In this document: positions 37,694 through 47,551 of the stretch, one piece after another
Numbering within the stretch: the stretch's first letter is position 1
How the letters are laid out: the number at the start of each line of letters is the position of its first letter
Virus record (IMG/VR): IMGVR_UViG_3300042503_001397
DNA from: an uncultured virus (IMG/VR IMGVR_UViG_3300042503_001397)
Lineage: Duplodnaviria; Heunggongvirae; Uroviricota; Caudoviricetes
DNA: 64,000 nucleotides
Reading direction: 5' to 3' (one strand)
The notes under the pieces: generated by a model
Databases searched by the model: none
What the model saw: the letters and a program-made list of their open reading frames with translations, nothing else
Told to the model about the DNA's origin: nothing
Position numbers and translations under genes: made by a program

Positions 37694-40600
37694 TTATACG
37701 AAATATGTTAGTGTAGCTCTTATCACATTTCTATTACCCGTTACATCTGCCATATCATCTGTCTTAACCGCAACCGGGTCAGTTCCAGCACCAGTTGCGC
37801 CAGAATCTCTATAAAGAAGAATTTCAGTTACGTTTGGTTGGATAACACCATATTTTGGCGGGTTTGTACTCCACCTAGAAGAATCTCCTATAACTAATGC
37901 GTTTGTAGCTTGAGCTGTAGAATTTGATGTAAATGGAAGTCCGCCTATTTTAAGGTTTTCAGAACCAACTACAGTAATATCTTCCGTCATTAAACAAATT
38001 GTAACAGTTACCAAACGACCAACTTTAGTGTACCACCCAAATTGATTACCATAAGTAACAACAGTTAAATTCGTTCCAGTATATGTTGGTGTAAATGTTC
38101 CTTCTTCGTAATCATTTAATAATTCGGAACCTGTTGTACCACTACCATTTGATGTTGCCGAGAAGTCTATACCTTTACCAGATGTACCCATTACTAAGTT
38201 ACCGGCTTTGATATTAACATCACCAGCAGCTGTCATAGATACTCTTGTAGTAGTTGATGGCAACGTTGCATTATCAGCTGATACTTGTACGTCCAATGTT
38301 CCCCAACCCTCATAGTTTGGAATCAATCTCCAGTTTCTAGCACCTCCGTTAGCCTGTGCTAATTGTGTAAAGTTTAGAGTTGGTGAATCACCATTTGAGA
38401 TGATTGAAATACCACTAGCTCCAACAGAATTAACCGCCAAAGAGCCACTTATACTTTGATTACCTTTAAATATAGAATCACCATTAGTTACTAAAGACCT
38501 TTGTACAATTAATTTACCTATATTAGCATCAGCAATTCCATCAACAAGAGAAACTTCTGAAATAGTTAATGTTATAGTTCCAGTTGTTGGGTATCCGGCA
38601 AAACCTATGTGAGTTGCGGATGCAGATGCTGTGAAGGTTACAGTATTATATACACCATTCGTTACTGATGGTAATGTTAATGTTTGAACTGTATTGGTTG
38701 CAAAGTTAGTACCATTTGATGTTATTATATTTCCTAATGTACCATTCGTTTCAACTGATTTAAAAAATAATGTATAGGTATTTCCACTTACTATCGTTGC
38801 TGGAAAATACCCATATCCTTGGTCTACTGCATCCACTCCAGTAAATGAAGTTGTAGTTCCAGTAAAACTACCATCAAATCCTCTATTACCACCACCAGTT
38901 CCATTAACAGCCGTTCCTAATTGTACGGATTTTAAGGTGCTACCAGTATTTGATATTGCTTTAATATCACCACTTATAGTTTGTGTACCATAAAATGTAT
39001 TTGCCGATGCCGTTTCAGCGAACTTATAATAGTTTGTTATTTGTTGTGAAGATGATACAATTGCTGCTCCTTTTAAAGATGCCGTATATGCTTCAATACC
39101 ACCTATCTCAGCTTTGATTGATGCGGTTTCAGCGTACAATTGATAAAGTTGTGCATCAGTTGCGTATGTTGAATCTAATGCCGCGGTAAACGCCATCAAA
39201 CCATTTGTTATTCCAATAAGAGAACCCGTAGTTAATTCAATAGAACGAGTTGCCTGATATAGTTGGAATAATTGTACATCAGTTGCGTATGTCGAATCTA
39301 ATGCTGCCGTAAATGCCATCAATCCGTTTGTGATTCCTATTAGAGAACCAGTAGATGTATATAGATTAGAGTTTAATGCGAATACATCATAATTTTGAAC
39401 CTGCGTTGATGATGATACAATTGCTGCTGCTTTTAAAGATGCAGTATAAGATTCTATTCCAGCTACTTCCGCTTTTATAGAACCTGTACCATTATATAAG
39501 TTAGAGTTTAATGCGAATACATCGTAGTTCTGAATTTGTGTTGATGATGATACAATTGCTTGTCCTTTTAAAGATGCAGTATATGCTTCAATACCATCAA
39601 CTTCACCTCTTAAACCAGTATTCAAAGAAGTATTAGATGCCGTATATGCCATTAAACCATTTGTCACACCTATCATTGAACCACTATGTAATTCTAATGA
39701 ACGAGTTGATTGATATAATTGATAAAGTTGTGCATCAGTTGCGTATGTATTATCTAAAGCCGCAGTGAATGCCATCAAACCATTAGTTATTCCTATTAAA
39801 GAACCAGTTACAGTTGAGAGTGTTAAGTTTCTACTATCTTGCGATGCGGTAAATTGTTGTAAAGATGCGGTAGCTACATGTAATGATTGTGTTGTCTGAT
39901 GTACTCTAGCTAATGTATCTCTTACCGATGATGTATATGTACTAATTCCAACAATATGAGAATCAACCGATGCCGTATAAATTGAGTTACCTAAGTTTAC
40001 TGCTAATTGAGATGAAGTAAATGCACTAATACCAACAATATGTGCATCAGTTGAAGATGTATATTGTGATATTGTAAAGTTTCTACTATCTTGTGATGCG
40101 GTAAATGCGTTTAAAGATGCCGTAGCTACATGTAATGATTGAGTAGTTTGATATACTCTAGCCAACTCACTATTAGTACCAGCTACGAATGCAGTAATTG
40201 TTGTTGAATTGGAACTACTAAATATAGTATTATAGCTTGAATTAGAACTACTGAATGTTGTATTGTAGCTTGAATTGGAACTACTTAATGCGGTTACATA
40301 TGTTGCGTTTGAACTACTAAATATAGTATTATAGCTTGAATTTGAACTACTTAATGCGGTTACATATGCTGCGTTTGAACTACTGAATGTGGTATTGTAG
40401 CTTGAATTGGAACTACTAAATGTAGTGTTATATGTGGAATTTGATGAACTAAAGTTTGTAAATACCGTTGAGTTTGATGAACTATATAGTGTATAATCTT
40501 GTCCATTTATAAATACCGAACCAGTAAAATTAGATGAACCTGTAAATTGTTGTTTGTCTATAAGTTCATTACCAAAAATGTTACCGCCCTCCGAATATAT

Positions 40601-40882
40601 TATACTTGCGGTTTCATATGTAGCTACTAACTCATTTACTGTTAATTTTCCAGTAATAGTAACATTGTTATTAATAGTTTGAGGACCTGTAAATACGTTA
40701 CCAGCAGAACCCGTATGTGCGTTGTATGCATTTACAAATACGCTAAAATTTTCTACACTAATTTGGTTGGTAGTTCCTTGCAGTCCACCCCCAATAACGA
40801 TTGGTAATACACTCCCTCCTGCTACTTGTGAGCCGGATACCCTATTGACTAAAGGTAATTCTGATATCTTTTTGGTTGCCAT
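37694..40882 (-). CDS. Tail fibre / long fibre protein
   Basis: KKISELP start, N.F.G.QTI repeats, coiled-coil repeats, C-terminal GKGIDFSA..LNDYEEGTFTP..YTKVGRLVTV. Confidence 0.8.
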   Translation of the reverse strand: MATKKISELPLVNRVSGSQVAGGSVLPIVIGGGLQGTTNQISVENFSVFVNAYNAHTGSAGNVFTGPQTINNNVTITGKLTVNELVATYETASIIYSEGGNIFGNELIDKQQFTGSSNFTGSVFINGQDYTLYSSSNSTVFTNFSSSNSTYNTTFSSSNSSYNTTFSSSNAAYVTALSSSNSSYNTIFSSSNATYVTALSSSNSSYNTTFSSSNSSYNTIFSSSNSTTITAFVAGTNSELARVYQTTQSLHVATASLNAFTASQDSRNFTISQYTSSTDAHIVGISAFTSSQLAVNLGNSIYTASVDSHIVGISTYTSSVRDTLARVHQTTQSLHVATASLQQFTASQDSRNLTLSTVTGSLIGITNGLMAFTAALDNTYATDAQLYQLYQSTRSLELHSGSMIGVTNGLMAYTASNTSLNTGLRGEVDGIEAYTASLKGQAIVSSSTQIQNYDVFALNSNLYNGTGSIKAEVAGIESYTASLKAAAIVSSSTQVQNYDVFALNSNLYTSTGSLIGITNGLMAFTAALDSTYATDVQLFQLYQATRSIELTTGSLIGITNGLMAFTAALDSTYATDAQLYQLYAETASIKAEIGGIEAYTASLKGAAIVSSSQQITNYYKFAETASANTFYGTQTISGDIKAISNTGSTLKSVQLGTAVNGTGGGNRGFDGSFTGTTTSFTGVDAVDQGYGYFPATIVSGNTYTLFFKSVETNGTLGNIITSNGTNFATNTVQTLTLPSVTNGVYNTVTFTASASATHIGFAGYPTTGTITLTISEVSLVDGIADANIGKLIVQRSLVTNGDSIFKGNQSISGSLAVNSVGASGISIISNGDSPTLNFTQLAQANGGARNWRLIPNYEGWGTLDVQVSADNATLPSTTTRVSMTAAGDVNIKAGNLVMGTSGKGIDFSATSNGSGTTGSELLNDYEEGTFTPTYTGTNLTVVTYGNQFGWYTKVGRLVTVTICLMTEDITVVGSENLKIGGLPFTSNSTAQATNALVIGDSSRWSTNPPKYGVIQPNVTEILLYRDSGATGAGTDPVAVKTDDMADVTGNRNVIRATLTYFV

Positions 40883-40957
40883 TCTTAAATATATTTATAC
40901 ACGTTGGTATTCAACTCCTATAAATATTGAAAAAATGAAATAAACTACTACTACAAG

Positions 40958-41488
40958 TTAGAAGTGTTTAACTTGTTGTATTTTTTGCTTAATATTTGGA
41001 TAATCTTTCAATCTCTTTCTAACTGCAGCTATATTCTTTTCTGAATCATCTACGAAGAAAACATCATCATACCCCTCTTTTACTCTATCCTCAATCCAAT
41101 CTGCTTTCTTTTCAGGATTATTATCACCCAATGCAATTACCTTCACACCACCTATCCCCAAATCCTTAATGAATTGAGATACGGGCCTTTCAGCTGCTCT
41201 AGCCGTTAAGATATAAACTTCTCTACTTCCACCACTATTAACCATTCTTCTCAATAATTCAACATATCCTTTTATAAGTTCGGGTCTTGTCACTTGCTGA
41301 AAATCTTTGAAATCGAATTCATCACCATCTCTAGCATCATACTTTGCGTATTGACCAGGCGATAGTTTTGATTTCATTCCGTTTCTATGTGTAACATATA
41401 TGAATGAGTTTGTTTTAACTAACGTATCATCAAAATCAAAAATACGCAGTTTTTTACTTTCTACAAACAATGTTCTTGCTATTGGCAT
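40958..41488 (-). CDS. HAD-superfamily phosphatase
   Basis: IFDFDDTL, ILTAR, K, FVDDS.KN. Confidence 0.8.
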   Translation of the reverse strand: MPIARTLFVESKKLRIFDFDDTLVKTNSFIYVTHRNGMKSKLSPGQYAKYDARDGDEFDFKDFQQVTRPELIKGYVELLRRMVNSGGSREVYILTARAAERPVSQFIKDLGIGGVKVIALGDNNPEKKADWIEDRVKEGYDDVFFVDDSEKNIAAVRKRLKDYPNIKQKIQQVKHF

Positions 41489-41489
41489 C

Positions 41490-41804
41490 CTATCCGTTTA
41501 TTTGTCTCTTAGTCTTTGGGAGTGCTTTTTCTAACTTATCGTTCTCTTTTGTAAGGAATTCAACTTTAACACCCAATGCTGCCACTTCTTTTGTAAGTTC
41601 TAACACCATAGTACGAAGTTCATCTTTCTCTTTTGAACTATTTTCTAATAAGGCTTCTAATTTAGAGATACGGTCTTTACAATCGTGTCTGATAAACTCA
41701 TCATCTCTTTCTTTATTTAGTGCTCTCTTTTCATAATATCTCCAAGCACCCGTTCCACCCAATACGGTGATAGCTGTGATTAATACTGAATACATATTTT
41801 CCAT
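41490..41804 (-). CDS. TM plus coiled-coil protein
   Basis: N-terminal TM (start MENMY), heptad C-terminus. Confidence 0.7.
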   Translation of the reverse strand: MENMYSVLITAITVLGGTGAWRYYEKRALNKERDDEFIRHDCKDRISKLEALLENSSKEKDELRTMVLELTKEVAALGVKVEFLTKENDKLEKALPKTKRQING

Positions 41805-41806
41805 AC

Positions 41807-42844
41807 TTAACAAGTTTTACATTCTTTTATTGGTTCTTCTTCCGTTTGAGGTAACGCTGCAGCTACATGCTCCACTCCTTTATCATCAACGTATTCGTTT
41901 TTTGGTTTTTGTGTCATTCTAGCTGCTACCAATGAGATAACTGCAATTGTGAAAAATATAAAGAAAGCATACATTCCTAATTTACCATATATAGAACCTT
42001 CAGCTTGCCCAGCCCTTCCCAAATCTTGCATTACTTTCATTACTTCGGGTTCTGCTAATTTCTGAATTTCGGTGTAATACCATTTTGTGAATGATGAATC
42101 TAAATATTGTATCCAACCACCCATAGATACCAATGCGGTAATAATACTCAACATAGTAGCACCAGTTCCTAATTTAACTGCAATCTTATTAATTGTAGCT
42201 TTAAGGTCCTCATCTAAATCGTTTTGTTGTAATAGTGCAGCTGTTGCTTTGTTCATAGCATCTTTACCATTGAAATCATCAGATGATGCTATGTTATCGA
42301 TGTTGAGATGTGATTTAGCTCTATCATATTTTATAGATGCCATCTTAATTGCCAAATTTCTAATCTTCTTTATAGAATCACCCAACCCTTCATTTAATGT
42401 AGATTCTTTTTTAATACTATAATCTTTCTTTATATTAGAAAGTGTTTGTAATGCGTTTTTTAATCTATCTTGAAATAATTTCTTTTGTTCCGATGATTTA
42501 GTTGCCGATAGTTTATCTCTTAATGCTTTAATTCTATTATTAAGGTTTTGTATTCTTTCTCCAGCCGGAACTGCTGCTTCTTTTACTGATTCCAATTTCA
42601 ACTTAAAATGGTCCATTACATCCCAAATTTCATTATATCCCATATCACCCAAGTCATCCAATATTTGATTTCTATTTGCATTTGTTTTGCCAGACACAAA
42701 TATAGATACTGCCTTTTTAGTGCTATATGTACCTTTATCGTAGAATTTCATTATTTCCTTTACATGAATATCGTTTTTAGACATTTCATTCATAAAGTCT
42801 TCTCTTACTACTGAGCGGATTATTTCTTTAAGTTGCTTTTCCAT
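41807..42844 (-). CDS. Hypothetical protein with two TM segments, possible head/ejected protein
   Basis: LKEIIR..VRE start, repeated [LIV]xE motifs. Confidence 0.7.
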   Translation of the reverse strand: MEKQLKEIIRSVVREDFMNEMSKNDIHVKEIMKFYDKGTYSTKKAVSIFVSGKTNANRNQILDDLGDMGYNEIWDVMDHFKLKLESVKEAAVPAGERIQNLNNRIKALRDKLSATKSSEQKKLFQDRLKNALQTLSNIKKDYSIKKESTLNEGLGDSIKKIRNLAIKMASIKYDRAKSHLNIDNIASSDDFNGKDAMNKATAALLQQNDLDEDLKATINKIAVKLGTGATMLSIITALVSMGGWIQYLDSSFTKWYYTEIQKLAEPEVMKVMQDLGRAGQAEGSIYGKLGMYAFFIFFTIAVISLVAARMTQKPKNEYVDDKGVEHVAAALPQTEEEPIKECKTC

Positions 42845-42880
42845 TTATATATGTACCAATTTAGATATAAATATAAAGTT

Positions 42881-43777
42881 TTAAGGATTAGATTGTTTTT
42901 TAATCAATTCTTTGGCAAATTTGGTAACTTCTTCTTGTCCTAATGAATTAGCTTTATCATAAAACTCTTTTTTTCTATCAATCGGTTTAATTTTACCATC
43001 AAACGATGGGGTTCTATTTAAGTAATCTTCGGTAATATACACACCATCCATAACAAATTGCTTAATATCATAACCAATTTTTTTAGCTAATGTGGCTGCT
43101 GACATTCCATATGTATCTTCCGGCCCATATCCTCCAAATGATTCTGGGATTCCTACAAGTTCCCAAAATGATTTAGAATATAATGTATGCATACCACACC
43201 CAAATTTAATAGTACGAACTTCTCTAGCATTAATTGCACCAATGGTTTGAGTATATGTACCTTCCATAACTTCTTTAGTATCTATTGCATAACCATATGG
43301 TTTATCAAAATAATCAGAGTGACATAATTCATCCCAACTACTATCCCACCACTTTGCCAAAGATGGAGAAAGTATATAAGTACCATCTAATTGATATGAT
43401 ATATTTAATTGATGTTTTAACATATGTTCATGAAACAAAATATCAGTATCACAAAATATGAATTGGTCATAATCCAATTTATAACTTTCTCTCTTTTGTT
43501 GAGTAGTTCCCCAACAAGATGTATCCAATATTACTTCATTAATATTTTTTACACCATTAAATAATATTGCAAAACGAGATATAAAATGTCCGTTTTTCAA
43601 TTCACTGTTTTCCCAATCGGTCAATTCTGGGTTTAGATTTAATGTTACTTTTAAGGTTACATCATCATTATCATCCAAATACATTAATGCTCTTTTCATT
43701 TGATGCATTAATCTTTCAAACATTTCAATCTCCGATGGCATAACGTGTATGCAAATAAGTGTTTTTTTCTTAGCCAT
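42881..43777 (-). CDS. GT-A fold glycosyltransferase
   Basis: IFCDTD, ESFGGYGPED. Confidence 0.7.
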   Translation of the reverse strand: MAKKKTLICIHVMPSEIEMFERLMHQMKRALMYLDDNDDVTLKVTLNLNPELTDWENSELKNGHFISRFAILFNGVKNINEVILDTSCWGTTQQKRESYKLDYDQFIFCDTDILFHEHMLKHQLNISYQLDGTYILSPSLAKWWDSSWDELCHSDYFDKPYGYAIDTKEVMEGTYTQTIGAINAREVRTIKFGCGMHTLYSKSFWELVGIPESFGGYGPEDTYGMSAATLAKKIGYDIKQFVMDGVYITEDYLNRTPSFDGKIKPIDRKKEFYDKANSLGQEEVTKFAKELIKKQSNP

Positions 43778-45009
43778 TAAAATACATTTTTAAAGAATGG
43801 TATAACCATATCTTTTGTTCTTAAATTAAATATGTGTAGTTGGAATATATCCCATTCAAAGCTACCAACAGAATCGGTTTGCTGAATTATGAATGGTATA
43901 TTCTTTATGAATGATGTAAAGTTTTCGTTTGTCAGCTTAGAACCATCAAACATTATTTGCACATCACCTTTCATCTCATCGCCAATTTCATGTATCTTAT
44001 CGGATAAATCAAACATAGTTTCTTTTTGTTCGTTATCTACATAACTTTGATATTCACAATCAACATACAATCTATCACACCAAGATTCTAATACGCCCAA
44101 TAGTTGCGGATGGCAATTATGAACCACAAATGTAGTATCATATCTATTAGGTACAATTGGCATCATTAATTCATCATGCAATACATCAGTATGCCATTTT
44201 CTCCACCACTCTTTAAATTTGTTTTGTCTTAATTCCAAATATTCTTTTGAATCTTTAGGTTTATACCAAATAGTTCCATCCGGTAATGGTATCTCTCTTT
44301 CAATTTCAATACCATCTTTGAATCTGCTACCTCTACAAGTCATATGATATACAAATGCATCTCTACTTTGAATTAATTTATAATCACATAAATGGAATCT
44401 ATTGAATATATCAGAATCTTCCAACTCCATAGGTGCGAACAATTTATCGTGGCCTCCCATAGTTCTGAAATCTTCTTTGTATAACATCCAAGGTGCGAAA
44501 ATACCATTTGTATTAGTATCTTTATTTTCGGCTTGCTTAACTTCTACAAACTTTTCAAACTCATCAAATTGTAATTGGAATTCTTCAGGCTCCATACCAA
44601 AGTTCTTTACATACTTTTCAGGACCAGGCGGATGTAATGGTGGTTCGATACGAGTAGCACTTACTACCGATAATGGAGTTAAGTTCTTTAACATATTTGA
44701 AACGTAATCTTTTGTAACAACCATATCCGAATGTAGAATTGTTACAATTGGAGTTTCTGCTAAACTAATACCAATATCATATAGTACAGTATGACCTACT
44801 CTATCAGGTCCTTCGTTTCTGTATGTTTTTATATGTGGTTTGTTTAACGAGCTAATCCACTGCCAAGTTCCATCGTTTGAAGCATCATCTAATATTACAA
44901 TTTGATGATAATTGCTATAATAGTTTTCGATACTATTAACGGCTTGTTGTAGATATTTTAAATTATTTCTACAAGGTATAATAAAAGTAACCGATTGGTA
45001 ATGTGCCAT
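43777..45009 (-). CDS. Glycosyltransferase family 2
   Basis: IIPCRN, LDDASNDGT, HSD, GGHD..F..EDSD. Confidence 0.85.
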   Translation of the reverse strand: MAHYQSVTFIIPCRNNLKYLQQAVNSIENYYSNYHQIVILDDASNDGTWQWISSLNKPHIKTYRNEGPDRVGHTVLYDIGISLAETPIVTILHSDMVVTKDYVSNMLKNLTPLSVVSATRIEPPLHPPGPEKYVKNFGMEPEEFQLQFDEFEKFVEVKQAENKDTNTNGIFAPWMLYKEDFRTMGGHDKLFAPMELEDSDIFNRFHLCDYKLIQSRDAFVYHMTCRGSRFKDGIEIEREIPLPDGTIWYKPKDSKEYLELRQNKFKEWWRKWHTDVLHDELMMPIVPNRYDTTFVVHNCHPQLLGVLESWCDRLYVDCEYQSYVDNEQKETMFDLSDKIHEIGDEMKGDVQIMFDGSKLTNENFTSFIKNIPFIIQQTDSVGSFEWDIFQLHIFNLRTKDMVIPFFKNVF

Positions 45010-46373
45010 TATTTTTTATTTTCTAAGTAATATTTTAAATCCTCGGGTGTACCTAATCCCCACATCTTATCAATATTGAATGTTTTTATTTTCTTACAAT
45101 CCGCAATTGCTTCATTAAAAGTTGGACAAGTATAAAATTCACCATTAGTTCTGATGTTCTTACTAATCATTTGTTCTGCATACTTTACATAATCAGAACC
45201 TTTAGCCCAATAGTAAACACCAACCGTTGCTATGTCTGAAATTGGATTCTTTTCTGCTACTTCTGTCACATACCCATACTCATCCACTTTAGCGAATGAC
45301 CATTTAGGATGCGTTGCTGTAAATGTAAGAATACCACCATCCACTTTTTGTTCAATCATCTTATACATAAACTCATTTGAATCCCACTCCACAAATTGGT
45401 CAGAGTTTGCCATAACCAATGGAGAATCGTTATCAATATATTCTTTTGCTAATAGAGTTGTACACGCAGCTCCTTCAGTCAAACCATCAACTTCCACAAT
45501 TTTACAATTGGGAGTTATTAGATTTAATAAAGTATCTAAATTGTACTTCTCTCTATGTTCCTTTTGTACAACATAAATGTATGTAGCTTCTATGTTTAAG
45601 TTATCCACTACAACCTGAATCATTGGTTTTCCTTCCACATCGATTAGTGGTTTAGGGAATGTATATCCGGCAGCTTGAAATCTACTTCCTGCTCCAGCCA
45701 TTGGGATAAGTACATTCATCTTACCACCTTGCCACTTTGGTATGCTCATAACTTTTTTAGTTTCCTCTAATTTACGAATAATTTTTGATATTACCAAATC
45801 TTTTGGGTTATCTACTCTCAAAACATTTGCTCTACTTCTACTTGCTGCCAATAAACCATGCGGAGAATCCTCCACAATAAGAGTTTCTTCCGGCAACACA
45901 CTCATCATACTCATAGCCTTCCAATACATTTCAGGATGCGGTTTAGAGTTCTTTACGTCCTCATTAGAGATGATTAAATCCATATACTCAATTATACCTA
46001 TCTTAGCTAACATAACCAAGACAGACCTTCTAATTGAGTTTGAAGCACATGCTAACTTATATCCTCTATCTCTCAACTCTTTGAATAACTCAATCTTTTG
46101 TAAATCAGGTTGTAATTGTGAAATAGCTTCAATAGTTAGATGTTGCTTTCTATACCAAATATCATCATAGAATTCCGGATGTAATCCTTTGTTTTTACTA
46201 AGCATTTCAAGCTTTTGAGTTGTCTTTAATCCATCATATATAGATAGATGCTCCGATTCGGTAATTACATACTTCTCATCGATTTCTCTTAGAGCTTGAT
46301 TTAGGGTATCGTAGTGTATTTGCTTAGCCTCTACCAATACACCATCCAAGTCAAAGATTATTAATTTTGTCAT
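45009..46373 (-). CDS. HAD phosphatase fused to a sugar nucleotidyltransferase
   Basis: FDLDGVL, KPHPE, VEDS; IPMAGAGSRF..PKPLI, TEGAACT, LGTPEDL. Confidence 0.85.
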   Translation of the reverse strand: MTKLIIFDLDGVLVEAKQIHYDTLNQALREIDEKYVITESEHLSIYDGLKTTQKLEMLSKNKGLHPEFYDDIWYRKQHLTIEAISQLQPDLQKIELFKELRDRGYKLACASNSIRRSVLVMLAKIGIIEYMDLIISNEDVKNSKPHPEMYWKAMSMMSVLPEETLIVEDSPHGLLAASRSRANVLRVDNPKDLVISKIIRKLEETKKVMSIPKWQGGKMNVLIPMAGAGSRFQAAGYTFPKPLIDVEGKPMIQVVVDNLNIEATYIYVVQKEHREKYNLDTLLNLITPNCKIVEVDGLTEGAACTTLLAKEYIDNDSPLVMANSDQFVEWDSNEFMYKMIEQKVDGGILTFTATHPKWSFAKVDEYGYVTEVAEKNPISDIATVGVYYWAKGSDYVKYAEQMISKNIRTNGEFYTCPTFNEAIADCKKIKTFNIDKMWGLGTPEDLKYYLENKK

Positions 46374-47128
46374 TAATAGATTTTAATATGTTTACCAACC
46401 TTTGTTACTCCTTTATGCTGAACTGCTATTGTAGCACATTCGTTAGCATAAATGATAGATTTATCAATATCATTACTTCTACAATATTCTATTGTTAGTG
46501 CTGATATGAATGAATCACCTGCTCCGCTATTATCTCTAACCTCTACCTCATCAACATTGAACTCCTTCTCCATATACTTACATCCCTTACCACTCATAGT
46601 TACAATTAATTTATCGTAGAATTCTTTGAAGTATTGTCCAGCTGCTATATTGTTTTCATACTCATGTTCATTTATTTTAATGAACTTAGCACCTAACATT
46701 TTTTCATTCACAATCTTTTTAGTATCAATGAATACCGTATCATGCTTTGAACAAATGTATTCAATATCATCGTATTCCAAAAAACCTTTGTTGTAATCTG
46801 ATATAATAACTGCACAATAATTTTGATATGGTATATGTTCCAATCCTTGTACTCTTTGTGATTTATTTGCATCAGAATCAACTCTGATAATTTGATGATT
46901 TGTTTTTTCTTCAACATATCGTGTCTTTGTGATAGGTTCTGAATTTGTTATCAAATCAACTTCAACATTTAATGATTCTATATTCTCATATACATTAGCT
47001 GCCATTCCGCCTGTTTCAGTTTTTCTTTTAGGAATGAATACAGGCACAGGAGCTTCAGGACACAGCCTATTGGCTGTGCCATAAATGAATACATCTTTAC
47101 AACTATCTCCTATAACTAATATTTTCAT
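46373..47128 (-). CDS. Heptose-7-phosphate kinase-like (RfaE domain I, PfkB family)
   Basis: RLCPEAPVPV, GGMAANV, ISDYNKG, DNSGAGDSF. Confidence 0.85.
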   Translation of the reverse strand: MKILVIGDSCKDVFIYGTANRLCPEAPVPVFIPKRKTETGGMAANVYENIESLNVEVDLITNSEPITKTRYVEEKTNHQIIRVDSDANKSQRVQGLEHIPYQNYCAVIISDYNKGFLEYDDIEYICSKHDTVFIDTKKIVNEKMLGAKFIKINEHEYENNIAAGQYFKEFYDKLIVTMSGKGCKYMEKEFNVDEVEVRDNSGAGDSFISALTIEYCRSNDIDKSIIYANECATIAVQHKGVTKVGKHIKIY

Positions 47129-47144
47129 AACTTTTGTTTTAATA

Positions 47145-47549
47145 TTACCAGCTTATCTCCCAATCTTTAAAATCAGCTGCTAAGCAATCAATTTTATAAT
47201 CCTTTCTACCACCCATAACTTCTTGAATCTTATTTTTAGCTACGTTACGGATACCATTCAATCCATGTGTTAATTCTAAATTGTTACCATCTTTAATTCC
47301 TTTACGATAGTTTGATTCGTTGTGCCAAATATGTAAGTTCATTTGTGATAACACTACAATTGCTCTGATTGTTTCTGCTGTAATTGGTTCTTTACTCTCA
47401 TCCAAATATAATTGAATATCATGCACAATTGCGTTAATTTCTTCCGCATATTCTTCTTTGTGTTCAGCGATAAACACCTCTTTCAATTGTACGATAGATA
47501 ATCTGTCTACTAATTCGCTTAATGTTGGTAAGTACTTTCTGTCTGCCAT
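47145..47549 (-). CDS. Hypothetical protein of glycan clusters
   Basis: SELVDRLSI..LK, NL.IWH.E. Confidence 0.7.
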   Translation of the reverse strand: MADRKYLPTLSELVDRLSIVQLKEVFIAEHKEEYAEEINAIVHDIQLYLDESKEPITAETIRAIVVLSQMNLHIWHNESNYRKGIKDGNNLELTHGLNGIRNVAKNKIQEVMGGRKDYKIDCLAADFKDWEISW

Positions 47550-47551
47550 AA

